A stretch of DNA of 64,000 nucleotides. Origin: Chrysomallon squamiferum (lineage: Eukaryota > Animalia > Mollusca). A model generated the notes under the pieces. It saw only the letters and a program-made list of their open reading frames with translations, did not search any database and was not told the DNA's origin. Location of the stretch: contig CM022672.1 in assembly GCA_012295275.1 (NCBI GenBank), positions 26,970,001 through 27,034,000 of the forward strand, read 5' to 3'. Below, piece after piece: positions 27,785 through 42,961 of the stretch (position 1 is the first letter of the stretch; each line of letters begins with the position of its first letter). A program made the translations under genes and the position numbers.

Positions 27785-30700
27785 TTAGTTCCACCTAAGC
27801 TGATATCTACAGGGGGTTCAGCCAATGAACCTGATAAACCTTCAGTGATTGTCAACAACACAAAGATCATCAACTGTCCAGTTTCAGAAGATGTTGACCC
27901 TCCACCCATAATCCTCTGGTACAAAGATGACCAACTCATTGAATACCTTGGCCCTGATGCTCGAGTGGTCATTTCTAATGATGGACAACAGCTGATCATA
28001 AAGAGGGCAGTTGTGGAGGACACAGCAAGATACAGGTGTATTGCTAGTAACACTGCCGGAGAAATAGAAAAACTTTTTGATCTTGACGTTCTAGGTAAGA
28101 TAATCACAAGATTATGAATTTATGATGTCAAAAATGTTTTAATTGAATGGGATTAGTGGCAGGTTAAGATATTTGAGGTTTTTCTGCACCAAAGGAACTT
28201 TTTTTTCACTCACAGACAGATAGTTTTTCAGGAGAATTATGAATTAAATAATAAATTGCCTGAAAAGAGCAGTGTATATGTACTTGAATAGACTCTAGGT
28301 TGTTACTCATGAAAAGAAACAATTTGTTTAAGTTTCCATCTATGTTACATGATTATTCTTTCTCATCGATATTTGTTTTTGTTATTTATTACTGAAGGCT
28401 ACAAGAAATCATAATTATGCCAAATAAAAGGACAAATGTTTCAAGATGCAATATCTGAACAAATCTAATGGAAGTGTTTTGGAAGCTTCATATATATAAC
28501 AATTACATTTCACATTTTAGTTCCACCTAAGGTAGATGAAGAAAGTTCCTCACAGCCTAATCTGACAGTTGTTGTTGGGGAGCCATTACTGATAGACTGT
28601 CCACTGACTGGAGTTCCACCTCCAGTTGTCAAATGGTATAAAGATGGTATACCCGTTGATCCAGAACTGGATAATAATATTCTAATCCATGCAAGTGGCA
28701 GGCGACTGGAGTTAAGAAGAGCCAAGGTGTCTGACCGTGGCTTGTACAAATGTGTGGGAGAGAACATTGCAGGGGACGCCCAGAAAGAATATTCTGTTGT
28801 TGTTCATGGTGAGATAGAATTTTACCCATTTCTTTCAGCCTTCAGACTGTATGATTGTACAGTATGAGACAGATCTTGTTAATTCATTGTAGCTGTATTA
28901 TATATAACATCTTTGTAGAATATGAATCTATTGGATATTAATCTAAATTTCAGTAATGATATTCAGAATTCTGTTGATTGAGATTAATAGGTATTTCATG
29001 ACAATTTTAATAAAGTTAACAAATTAAAATTTTTTATTTATTTATTCATTTATTTTTTTTTATATCCGGTAATTATTTATATCAGAAATATTTGTTACAT
29101 GTAAACTTTCACATATTTTTAACAATATCTTTCAGTTCCTCCTAAAGTTGAAAAACCTGGTGAAGTGGAAAAAAACCTCGTAGTCAAGGGAAATAATTTG
29201 ACAATGACTTGTCCAGTGTCTGGATTTCCTCTGCCACAGATAACTTGGTTGAAGAATGACATTCCCATCAAAGAGAACAGCACAAAATACAGCCTGCTGG
29301 AGGGGGGATGGACACTTCTGATAAAAAATTCAGATGAAGAAGATGCTGGAAGACATTATTGCTTGGCTGAAAATGATGCCGGAGAAAATGAAAAAGCTTT
29401 TGATGTTGAAGTTCTAGGTTTATGTCTGATTACTAGCTGATTGAGTAAATTTTAATTTTAACAGCTTGTTAACCATCAGACATCTTTTTCTAGAAATACA
29501 TGCCTGAGCAACTGAACTGGATACCAGCTGACAATACAGATTTTTACATTTCAACAAAGATGTTAAAGAAACTTCAGTTATTATTTTGTCTTAAAATCAT
29601 TTCTATAATATGTACAGATATTTAGTTTAAATTTGTATATATTTTACATGATTTTACATCATATTTTATATATATTTTTTTATATATGTATATATAAATG
29701 TTTTAATTTTATTTACATTTCAGTACCACCAAATATTGTTCGTAACCAAACAACATCCTCTCCTAATGTCATTGTCAACAACACTGCAGTGTTGAACTGT
29801 CCTGTGACTGGAAACCCAATTCCAGAAATTCTCTGGTATAGAAATGGAGTTCTTCTGGACCCAGCAGTAAATCCTCGGTACGAAATCCTGGCTGATGGCA
29901 GACAGGTTCGAATCCACAGAACACAGTTCAAAGACAGAGGACTCTACACGTGTTCCACCAGAAACAGAGCTGGAGATGACACTCTGGATTTTGATCTGGA
30001 TGTTTGGAGTAGGACATTTTTATATTTTTATTTTTTGTGACCTGTTTAAAGTTCATAATTTCTATTAGTTCTAACTTTTTTTATCTTATTTTTTTTCATT
30101 TAATCTAATTTATACATAGTATAGACATAATAGTTTTTACATATTTATTTATTTTGTTATTTTTGTTTTTGTGATATTTCTATTGGTAGATGATGGAAAG
30201 ACTAAATAATCTAGGGTTTTTTTGATACTGTGTTATAATGTACATTTTTACTACTGACAGACAATTAATTATCTGAAATTAGCCATATTAATTATTTAAA
30301 ATTAATGATACAACAAGTATTTATATTTAATATTTATTTCCCACTGTGTTCTAGTTCCTCCAAAGACTGACACAAAGGGAGATAACTCTGAACCAACAAT
30401 AACTGTCAATGTATCAGTAATCAACAAGTATTTGTATTTAATATTTATTTCCCACTATGTTCTAGTTCCACCAAAGATTGACACAAAGGGAGTTAACTTA
30501 AAACCAAGAATAATTGTCAATGGCACAGTCCACATTGACTGTCGGGTTAGTGGAAACCCTCCTCCTAAGATTACTTGGTTGAAGGACAATCATGAAATCA
30601 GGGAGGATCCAGACATAAACATTCTCGAGGGTGGGACTCGTCTGGAAATAAGAAATGCCGCAGTGGAAGACTCTGGTCGCTATGTTTGTGTTGCTGGAAA

Positions 30701-33307
30701 TGATGCAGGGGAAACAGATCAACAGTTTGATCTTGAAGTTCATGGTTAGTTGATTTTGTCTTTATTTAGATTTAGTTTTAAAATGAAGTTCATGGTTAGT
30801 GGTTTTTGTCTTTATTTAGATTTTTTTTAATTTCAAGTTGATGGTTTGAAAATGTTATCTTTATTTAGATTTTTTTTTAATTTGAAGATCATGGTTAGTT
30901 GATTTAGTCTTATTGTTAAAATTATTTACAGATATTTAAATTACTTTTATTTTTTGTTTTTTTCATATAGTAAATTTTAAGTCTAATGCTGTAAAATTGA
31001 GAATGTAAATTTTACAAGAATTTCTTAATTTGCAAAAATACAGTTATAAATTCATATATATAATTTATTTCCTACTTTATTATACAATTTAAATATTTTC
31101 AATAACATTAAATCCGGAATTATATCTATTTATTTTTTTATTATTCTTAATTTATTTATTTTCTATTTATTTATTTGTTTGTTTGTTTGTTTGTATCTTA
31201 TCTTTTTATATTTTAATTTTTTTGTTGTTTTTTTTAGTTCCACCAGTGATTGCAGACAGTGGAATAATCACAGATCCTAAAGTGATAGAGAATGAGACAG
31301 TTATCTTGGACTGTCCAGTGCTTGGACACCCTTACCCGACTGTCACCTGGTATCAGAATGACCAGCCACTGAACCTGGAGCTGAATCCACACATGAGCAT
31401 TCAGGAAAATGGCCGCAGACTGGTTATAGAAGAAGCCAAAGTGCCAGATTCGTCAAAGTATACTTGTGTTGCAACCAATGAAGCAGGAGAAGCAGATAAA
31501 GACTATGAAGTAGAAGTCTGGGGTGTGATATTTGTTTCATTTTTGTCTCTTTTCATTTGTTTCATGCTCAGTTTTTGTTGGACATGGCTGGGTTTTTTTT
31601 ATTTAATAATATATGAGTCTGTGTCTGGGTGTGTCTGTGTGTATGTGTTTTTTGTTTTTTTGAATTTATTTATCTTTTACATGGAATAAAATATAATAAA
31701 ATAATAAATAAAACCAACATATATATATATATATATACTGTCAGTTACTTTACTTACTTATTATATGTTATTCCATATTTTTATTATTTCCTCCTTATTT
31801 TTTAATTTTTGTTTTAATTTTTTTAAATTAAATATTAAAACATTTAAACATTTAAAAAAGATATTGCCCTAATTTTAAAAATCATTAATTTATATTTTTA
31901 AAAAAATGTTTTGTTTGTTTGGTTCACTGTTTGTTTAAGTAATCATTTATTTAGAAAGTTTTAATGTACTATAATAACATATTAAACTTTTAAAATATTT
32001 TCACCTGTAACAGTTCCACCTGTTATTGATGATTCAACTCGCAACAAAAACCCGAGGGTCATTAAAGGCCAGACGGCCACCATGAACTGCCCAGTCTCTG
32101 GAATCCCCTTCCCCTCCATTCAGTGGCTGAAGAACAATGAAGAGGTTTCCGTGGATACCAGAACCCAGATAGTTGACAGTGGGTTGGTGTTGAAGATTTC
32201 CAATGCCACAGAGGCAGATACAGCTCTGTATACCTGTTTTGTTCTTAGTCCAGCTGGCGAAGATAAAGCTGACTACAATTTAGTTGTTTTAGGTATTAAT
32301 TAGTTTGTTTTTTTTTCTTTTATGTATTTTACATTACTGAATTTATTGGGTTTTTTCTGGGTTTTTGTTTGTCTTTCTATTTTTATTATTTTTATTTTAT
32401 TTATTTATTTATTTATTTATTTATTAAAATTATTATTATTTCTTCTTATTCTTATTCTTATTTATTATTATTATTATTATTAAATTTTTTTTGTTGTGTA
32501 TTGTTGCTTTTTTTAATTCTATTAAACCATTTAATTTAAATTAAAAAAAAGTAATAATAATAAACAAATTATTTTCCTTCTCAACATCTAATCATAACAG
32601 CATACATTTTTTTGAATCAGCTGTAATTTTATCTGTTGAAATACTTCTATATACATAAACAATCTAACATAATCAAACATACAGATATAAAATCGCACAC
32701 ATAAAAACCCTAACAATGTACAGTTATAACAAAAACAAGATAATAATATTATCATACCAACTAATTTTGTTTTATAAAGTGCCACCGTCGATTGATGAAT
32801 CAAATGTTGTGTACAATCCTCGAGTTATTCAACAACGTCGTGTTCTCATGGAGTGTCCAGTCTCGGGCATTCCAATCCCAGAAGTTCAGTGGCTCAAGGA
32901 TGGTCAGCCATTAGTGCAAGGTCCAGGATTGCGCATTCTAAACAACAATCTTCATTTAGAGATTATTCGAGCTCAGGTGGAAGATACTGCAAGATACACA
33001 TGTATTGCGACTAATGAGGCTGGGGAACTTGTCAGAAATTTTAACCTTGAGGTTTTAGGTTGGTGTAAATGTTTAGATGTAAAACAGTTTGAAATAATAC
33101 AGATTACATAGCTGTTATTTTGATAATTTATTATTTAAAAGATATATATATATATATATATATATTTAAATGCTAATGTTGAAAGTATTTTTTTTTTAAT
33201 TTGTTCGTTGTTTATTTATCATAATTATCATCTTTATATTATTATTATAATATTATCATTAATATTACATTATTACTGTTATTATTGTTATTGTTATTAC
33301 TATTATG

Positions 33308-33353
<46 letters not shown>

Positions 33354-34681
33354 CAGTGCCCCCAACCATAGACAAAACTGCTACAGAAGAAAACTTGTCT
33401 GTTGTACAAAATAAAACACTCACCATCGACTGCCCAGTGACCGGAGTGCCACCTCCCAGCATGCTCTGGCTCAAGGATCGGTCCCCACTACTGGACTTTC
33501 CATACCGTGACCTGCGAGTACTAAACAATGACCAGACTCTTGAGGTCAGCAATGCCCAACTGGACGATGCTGGAACATACACATGTCAGGCCACAAACCC
33601 AGCTGGACAGGACAAAGCAAGTTTTAATCTGGAAGTGTTTGGTATGTGTCCCTTTTAGTACATATCATAACAGAGTCCTTATTATTATTATTATTTATTT
33701 TTTTATTTTTTTCATTCTTCTTCTTATTATTATTTATTTAAATATGTCACAAAGTGGGTGTGGTCATTTTGTTTTTAAAGTTTTTATTTACTCATTATTT
33801 TAGTTTTTATTTTATTTTTTTTTATTTTATTCTGTTATGTAATGTTATTTTTATTTTATATTTAAATTTTCTTTAAATTTATTTTTTAATGTTGTTTTCA
33901 TTTTTTCTTTATTTTTTTTTTGGTTTAATTTTCATTATCTACTTATTTCCCTTAATTCAGTTAATTATTTAGTGTATTTTTTATATGTTTGTTTATTTAT
34001 TATTATTCTTTTTTATATTTCCATTTTGTTAAATGATTCATTTTATAATTATAAAGTAAATTTAAAAACATTTTTTTTAATGAATTTATTCAGTTAATTT
34101 AAATGTAATTATTTTTATTGATCATGTTATTTTATTTACAATCATTAAAAAGAACACACACATATACAGAGAGACACACACAAAAACATACTTAACTACC
34201 AACTGACTTCTGTAAGTGGTTTATATGGTATGCAGCACTCCCAATGAGCCACATGTTATTAACTAATTATACTTACAGTTCCCCCTTCTGTACCTAACGA
34301 CAAGAGCATAACTGAGATAAATATAGTTCTGCATGACTCTGCTACACTGGAGTGCCAGGCAGAGGGGATTCCAAAACCTTCAGTTCTGTGGATGAAAGAT
34401 GGTAAAATAATAGAGGAGGAGAATGACCATCATCTGCAGATGCTGAACGAAGGGAGAGTACTCCGAATTCAGAAATCTGAAACGAGACACACAGGAAGAT
34501 ACAAATGTCATGCAGAGAATGAGGCTGGCTTTACTCAGAAATTGTATGATTTAAATGTTATGGGTGAGTATTTTATAATTTGTTTCTTTCAGTTTCTTTT
34601 TTTTTTATTTTTATTGTGATTGTTTTGGGGAGATATTGTTATTTTTATGGTTTGCTACAGACAGATAATTTAGTTATTATT

Positions 34682-34744
<63 letters not shown>

Positions 34745-36306
34745 TCTTAAAAAATTTTGTTTTAAATTTAATTTAATTATACCTCAGTAATAAAGTTAGT
34801 ATTGTTTGTAACTATGCATTTGTAAAACTTGCTTTATGTTTTCTTTCTTTATTTTTTATGAGCTATTTATTTGTTTTTTTGTTTTTTATATTACTATAAA
34901 ATCAGTTATTTTATCTCAGGTGATAAATATTCAATATCTGTATACATTCTTTAGAGTCTGTTTTCTTAATTTTTTTCAATCCTTTTTTTTTTTTTATCTA
35001 TATATTTTACCTCAGAAATTATATTTATTATAACTTTTCTCGTTAGAATCATTATATAGAATTCTTTTTTTTTTCAAAAATCATATCATCTTATCATCAT
35101 TTACAGTGCCTCCTACCATCAATGGATCTGGTGAAACTCAAGAAAAACCAATCATCATTGACAGTCCAGTCATTCTCACGTGTCCAGCCAATGGAATTCC
35201 TCCACCTGAGATCACATGGTTTCGTCAAGGCCAACCAGTCCCAGCTTACGGAATTCCTAACATCAGAATTATCAGTGGAGGCCGACAGTTGCAAGTACAA
35301 AGTGCCCAGCTTCTGGATTCAGGAGAATATCGTTGCCTAGCAACCAATGATGCAGGGCAGGACACTTTGGACTTTTTTGTTTTCATCATGGGTAAATAAT
35401 ATGATTGGGATTTGTAAAATTTTCTTTTGTAAAATGATTATTTTAAAGAAATATAGATACAACTATGTTCCTTTTTTCTTCAGTTTTTAAACACCAAAAA
35501 ACCCCACAAAAACCCCCACAAAAAAGCTAAAGATTTTATTAATAAATAACTTTGTAATGATTTATTTCTTCTAATTTAAATGTTTCTGTATTAAGTAATA
35601 ACAATGGCCTTGTATTTTTATAATTATTTATTATTCACGACTGATTTTATTAACATAGATATAAAACAATTATTTGGAAGTATACAAATGTATTTTGAAC
35701 CCTGTGCACTACACACTGAGCTCCCCAAGTAAAATGGCTGAAATTTCCACTTTCTTTTTTTTTTGAATTTTACCCACAAGGATTTTTAATCAGTTTATTT
35801 TCTGTAACAGTACCACCAGAAATAGCTGAAGCTGAGACTAGAATAGCCGCCCAGCTGGGTTCAGGGGCAGTGCTGAAATGTGAGGCCAGTGGTCAGCCTT
35901 CTCCTGAAGTGACCTGGGCCAAAGATGGAGAAGCATTTCCATCTACGAGTCTGCGACATCGGCAGTTAGCTGCAGGGTCACTGGAGTTCTCAAACATTCA
36001 CCTGGAAGACGCTGGCAACTACACCTGCACAGCATCAAATGATGCTGGGAATGTGTCACGAATTATAGAGCTTAATGTGCAAGGTGCCTTTTCTTTATTT
36101 TTATTCTTCATTATGTGTTTTTTCATTTTATTTATTTTTTAATTTATTATTTATTCTGTGAATATGAATGTATATATTATTGATTGTGACTTTGGTTTAT
36201 GTTACCACAAAATAGGTGAAAAATGTTCATGCATAAGTACATACATCCAAAACACCCTCACTTACCAATACATGTAGACACATATATGCATAAATAAGAA
36301 TACACC

Positions 36307-36353
<47 letters not shown>

Positions 36354-37026
36354 TCACACAAACCTACAGTGACACAGACACAGAGACACACTCACACACA
36401 CATGCACACATGCTCTAACACTTATATGACATGAATAATTAAAATGAACTTCTTGTTTATTTTCAGTTCCGGCCCACATACTTCCAACTGGACCCCAAAC
36501 AATACGCTCACCTGTCAACAGAGCTGTCATACTTCCCTGTGAGGTGGAGGGCACACCCCCACCCAGAATCCTGTGGCTGAAGAACAGAGCTGTCCTTAGA
36601 GATAATGAAGGTTGTTAAATTGTTTTATTTTGTGAGAAAAAAAATCAATCATTTTTTTAAGAATCACAACTTCATAGAACTTTGGTTTGCATTTTGGCAG
36701 GATTAATTGATTGTGATACTGAAAACAAAATTGTTTGTTTTATTAGATTTAGGTTCATTATAAGAAAGTATTTATTTATTTATCTATTTATTCATTATTA
36801 ATTGTTTTTTTATTATTTAAACTTTAATGGGACATATTTATTATTATTCTTCTTCTTCTTCTTCTTTTTATTTTTACTATTATTATTTATATTATTATTT
36901 TTTAGTCATCTTTTTGTATTTATTTATTACATTATTATTGTTATTATGTCATCAAGTATATTTTGAAAATTTTATTTAATAATATTGGTTTTATATTTTT
37001 TATTATTTTAACAAGACAAGTATATA

Positions 37027-37088
<62 letters not shown>

Positions 37089-39219
37089 ACCATTGTGTTG
37101 TTATAACAGTGTTGTTTTGTTTTGTTAGGGTTCCAGGTACTAGAAAATGGTTCTCTGTCTATACGTAGAATTGAACTGGGTCACAGTGGAGTTTACACTT
37201 GTATCGCTCAGAATTACGCAGGCATTGACAAGAGAGATCTCAGACTGCAAGTTCAAGGTCATTTCAATATTTATATTTTATATTATTCATTTATTTTAGA
37301 AAATATTTTCATTATTAAATTGGGAGTCATTAATTTATCATTATATTCATTTTTGCAGAACTGTATTTGTTTGGTGTTTTTGTTTGGTTTTTGTTTTCTT
37401 TCTTTTTTCTTTTTTTTTCTTTTTTGTTTTTTTGTTTTTTAATTTTTAATTATTTTTATTAATTTAATAATATTTTGTTTTTAATTATATTTTACTTTCA
37501 TTATTTATAAGTTTTAATTTTTATATTTTATTTGATTCTCATTATTTAAAATTTTTATATTTAATTACATTTATTTTTTATTATAATTTATGTTATAAAT
37601 TTTACTGTTAATGTTTTTAATTATATTATCAATTTATTGTAATTTTATTTTTATTTACTTTTCATTTACATTATTTAGTATAATTATTATATATATTTTT
37701 TAATATTTACAAATTTCTATTTGTAATTAAACTTTTACCACGATTTTTTTGTAATTTTAATTTTTACTTTATTCTCTTAAATTATATTTCTATTTTTAAT
37801 ACAGTTTTATAGACAACAATATATCTATTTAATGACAATCATACAAGTATTTTTTTTAAAAAACAGTTCCACCAAAAATACAAGTATCACAGAGACATTT
37901 TGAAGTTCTGCAAAACAGAACAGTGGTAATGCCATGCCACGCCCAGGGCACGCCCCAGCCGAAAATCCGATGGATGAAAGATGGACAGGAGATAACTTCA
38001 GCCTCTTATGACTTGATGTCTTACAGTCGAGTTCACTACATCACTCTGCAGACTGGCGGACTGGCCATTCCACACGCCAGGTTCAACCCTAATCATTTGT
38101 TACACACAAGTAGTAGATAATAACAGTTACCATGAAATCTGAGTTTGTAAAGTGTCAATGTCTGTTATAAGAAAAAGCCACAGAAATAATAGGCCACAAA
38201 TTAATATGTATTTTGTGATAGCTTTTGACATAATTTATTTATTTACAGCTTATTAAAAAAAAAAAAATGTTTTTCTTCTTATATTTAATGCTTATATTTA
38301 TTACTCAAATTAATTATTTTCTTCTTTTTTTGATAGGGGTAGCTTTAGTCTTTATTATCTTTAAAAAAATAATACTATTATTATTACTTTGGAGGTTTAT
38401 ATCTTATTTTTATATATATATATATATATATCTTCTTTTTTTATATTTCTTTTTATTTCTTATTTTATTTTGTGGAGCAGTGCAGAGTTAATATTTATTT
38501 AAAAATAAATTAATATTAAAGATAAAAATAACATTTTATAGAGAAAAATAATAATCAATAAGTTAGATAATAATTTTAAAATAATGAATTTTCTTTTGTA
38601 ATAATAAATAAATAAATAGAAAAAAGAGAAGAAAAATTAACCTTACAACAAAAATAAAAAACAACAATAAGTAAATAAAATTAAATATATAAGTATAAAG
38701 ATATAATAAAAATTAGTCAGATAAAATTATGAATAAATAAATAAAATAATAAGGTAAGTAAATAATTAAAATAATAATAATAATAAAGTTAAATATATAA
38801 AATAGTAAAATGGTAAAAATATTTAATTCATTTCATTCAGTTCATTAAAATATTAATTTTACATTTTTATTTTTATTATTTATTTATTTATTTATTTATT
38901 TTCTTGTTAGTTTACTTTTTATTATTTGTTTCTATTTGATTACTTTTTACCCTTTTATGAAATTATATTTAAAATTTTTGTTTTTAATCTTTGTTATTTA
39001 TTTATTTAATATGTTTTTATTTATAATTAATAGAGATCATTTATGTATATATATAAACATATAATCTTTACAAAAGAAAGTACGTATATAAAATTTCAGG
39101 GTTAGTTTGTTGACTTTTGTGTTTTCTTCAGAGCAGAGGATACTGGTAACTACAAATGTGTGGCTATAAATGATGCTGGAAACTCTTCTACAGACCTCAC
39201 ATTAACAGTTCAAAGTAAG

Positions 39220-39250
<31 letters not shown>

Positions 39251-40742
39251 ATTATTATTATTATTATCATCATCATCATCATCACACTATAATTTCATCA
39301 TCTTTATTATTATTGTTATTTTAATATTATTATTACTGATATTATTGTTGTTACTGTTATTATTATTACTACTGGTGTGTCTTTCTTTATAAAAATATAT
39401 TTTTTTATTTTTTTTTTTTTTTTTTTTTTTTTTTTGTTTTGTTGTTTTTTTTTTTTTTAAAATTTTTATTCAAAGTAGAACAACCTACATTATGTATTTT
39501 TTAAATGACTTTTTTGTTTAATTCATTTTTTTAATAATAATAATAATTATTATTATTATTATTATTATTTAGTTAATAATATCATCCATTAATTTTGATT
39601 ACTATTATTTGTTCTATAGTTCCACCAGTTATAGAAGCAGCATCAGACCAGTATGTGGTGTCTGTGGGAGAAAGGGCGATACTGCCCTGTAGTGCCAGTG
39701 GCATCCCCACCCCCAGAGTGAGCTGGACACGCGATGGACGCTGGATTGACAGAAGGGAACCGAAATACGTCTTTGGGCGGGACGGCTCCCTCATTGTGCA
39801 GCAAGTGAAGGTAAATGTAGCAGACGTAGGGTAGTTCATTACAGTCTAATGTGACAGAGCTTTATGCCATGAGAAATTTTTAGTTTTTAATGTAATAAAT
39901 ATGTGGCATAAGATAATATTTGTCAGTCTGTAAATAATAGAGTAATTATAGATTTAATAACAATATTTTTTTTATAATGACCTTTTTTTTTTTTACACTT
40001 TTAAAATAAAATGTGTTAAGTATAAATTATAGATCCATTTTTTTTATTAACATTTTTTTATTATTTTTGTTTTTTTTGCTTTTTTTCTTTTTCTTATTCT
40101 TAACATCATTATTATTATTATTATTATTAATATTTTTTATACATTTATTAAAATTATTATTATGTTTTCATTATTTTTTTTTAATTTTTTTTCCACACAG
40201 GCTGAAGATTCTGGAAGGTATGTGTGTACAGCACAGAACAAAGCAGGCAAGGATACCAGAAGTCGTCTGCTCAGAGTTCAAGGTAGATTTTTAAATTATT
40301 TAAATTATTTTTACTCTTTATTAAAAGTAAGCCAGTAGCTACTTAAATAATTTTGTTTTTAAAGAACATAAAATGAAAATCTTAAACAAACATAACAAAG
40401 ATTAATTTCCCATTTTTCTCTTTTTAATTTTTTTTTTTAAAAACAAATTATTAAGTGTTGTGATTTTTGTTTTATCTGTTATAATTTATAAAACCATCCA
40501 GGATTTGTTATAATTTATTTAATTTGAGCTCACATTTTTGATTAAACAATTAAGATGTGCTGCACAAGGTATACCAGTACCTATAATTAAAAAAGCTGCA
40601 CAATGGATCTCAGATATATGTATTTTGACTTCTGTTGTTTTAGATTTTTATTGTTTTATTAAAATTATTACTATTATTATTGTTATTTTTGTTTTATCTG
40701 TTATTATTATTATTATTACTATTATTTTATTATTAGACCATT

Positions 40743-40778
<36 letters not shown>

Positions 40779-42930
40779 CATTTACTCTACTTCTACATTA
40801 TATTTTAGGCCTAATTTTAATTTTCTAATTAAAGAACACACGATACTTCATCTTTATGCTTTTTTTGTTAAATATCCCAAACACATGTTTTTATATATGA
40901 AGATAAATAAATGTGTTTTATTTTTCCCTCACTCTTCTTCCAAATTAATGGACACAGTTCCTATATGTTTTATATTCTGAAAATAAATAAACCTGTTTTA
41001 TTTTTAAATCAGCTTTTTTTATTAATGTCCCAAACCTACATGTTTTATATATGAAGATAAATAAACCTGTTTGTTTTTAAATCAGCTTCACCAAGTATTA
41101 ATGGACACAGTTCCTACATGTTTTATATATGAAGATAAATAAACCTGTTTGTTTTTAAATCAGCTTCACCGAGTATTAATGGAAGCAGTTCCTACATGTT
41201 TTATATATGAAGATAAATAAACCTGTTTGTTTTTGAAATCAGCTTCACCAAGTATTAATGGACAGTTCCTACATGTTTTATATATGAAGATAAATAAACC
41301 TGTTTGTTTTTAAATCAGCTTCACCAAGTATTAATGGAAGCAGTTCCTACATGTTTTATATATGAAGATAAATAAATATGTTTGTTTTTAAATCAGCTTC
41401 ACCAAGTATTAATGTACACAGTTCCTACATGTTTTATATATGAAGATAAATAAATGTGTTTGTTTTTAAATCAGCTTCACCAAGTATTAATGGACGCAGT
41501 TCATACATTGTGAGAAATGTGATGAGAGCTGATGCTGGGGAATACACCTGTGTAGCTTCAAATCCAGCCAACAACCAAAGTGTCACCAGCGTGGCTCAAG
41601 TAGTTGTGAAAGGTAACAGTCAAACACAGCAGTCAATCTGTGTTTCTTTAATGGCTGATGTCCTTATTACTGGTTTTTAACTGTAAAAGTCTGCTATTTG
41701 TCATTTTCAAGCTGTGTGTTTCTAGAAGTTGTCAAACATCCATTTCTGCAAATGAATATTTCTCTTATTTAATTATTATATAAAATTAAAAATAGCTTTA
41801 CAAATGTGTTTGTTTCTCATTTCAAATCCATTAGATATACATTTCTCTTAAAATTATTATGCCATATTCAAAAAATCTAATAATTATTAATATTAAAAGT
41901 ATTATGATTTATTTTTCTTTACATTTCAGTGCCACCAAAGATGATTGTTCCTCCTGGCAACAGAGCTGTGAAGATTGCAGAAAAAGTTGTTCTTACTTGC
42001 ACAGTTGGTGGAGATCCAGCACCAAAGATTCTATGGACTAAAAATGGCCGCCGAGTTGAATTAAGTCACAGAATACAACAGTTATCTAATGGATCTCTGG
42101 TTATCTATGATTCAACTGTGAGTTATATGTTATTATTATTAGGAAGGGTCAAATGTGTTAATCTCAAAATATTGAATGATACCTTTCCTATCCTTATTAA
42201 GTTTATAAATGGTATTTATTTTTTTCTGTTTGTACATTCTATGATGCAGTAGTTGGTATGTTGAAATGTTGTTTTACTTTATTTTTATTTTAATTTTAAT
42301 TTTATAATTATATTGCTATGATTAAAATAATTTATATTTATTATACTGTCTTTTTATTTTTAATGTTTTTTATTTTATAAATATAGATTTATTTTTGAAC
42401 AAATTTTATATAGATAGATTATATGCAGTTTTAAAAAACTATCTGTTTTTATTAAAGTACAATACATAACAGTTAATGTATATATATAATAGTTATAAAA
42501 GTGATATATTGATAACTTGTTCTAAAACATCTTGTTTTGCAGGCCTCAGATGCAGGAGAATACCGATGTATTGCAGTGAATGATGCTGGAACTTCAGAGA
42601 GTGCTGCATACCTCACAGTGTGGTGTAAGTTTTAATTATTTTTAAATTATATTTACAATCGAATCTGTTATAATGCAAAATAGAAAACAAAAAAAAAATC
42701 CAAAAATAGTTATCCAAAGAAAATCAGGATTATGTTTTACCAAGATTTTAAAAGAAAGAAAGATGTGATTTTATAGAAAAGTAAAACTTTTTATTATTAA
42801 ACATTTATCACTTTAATTGATAACATTCTTTGATTAAACAACTCCTACAGACACACACAACACACACACACACACACACACACATAAAAAGCAACATCCA
42901 GGTCTTTATAAAAAAGCAACATCCAGGTCT

Positions 42931-42961
<31 letters not shown>

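Noticed and set aside
27493-28107. Minus-strand ORFs overlapping exons (also 8922, 26206, 27098, 33265, 62521 and others)
   Set aside because: Antisense shadows of hemicentin exons extended by microsatellites; no independent gene structure.
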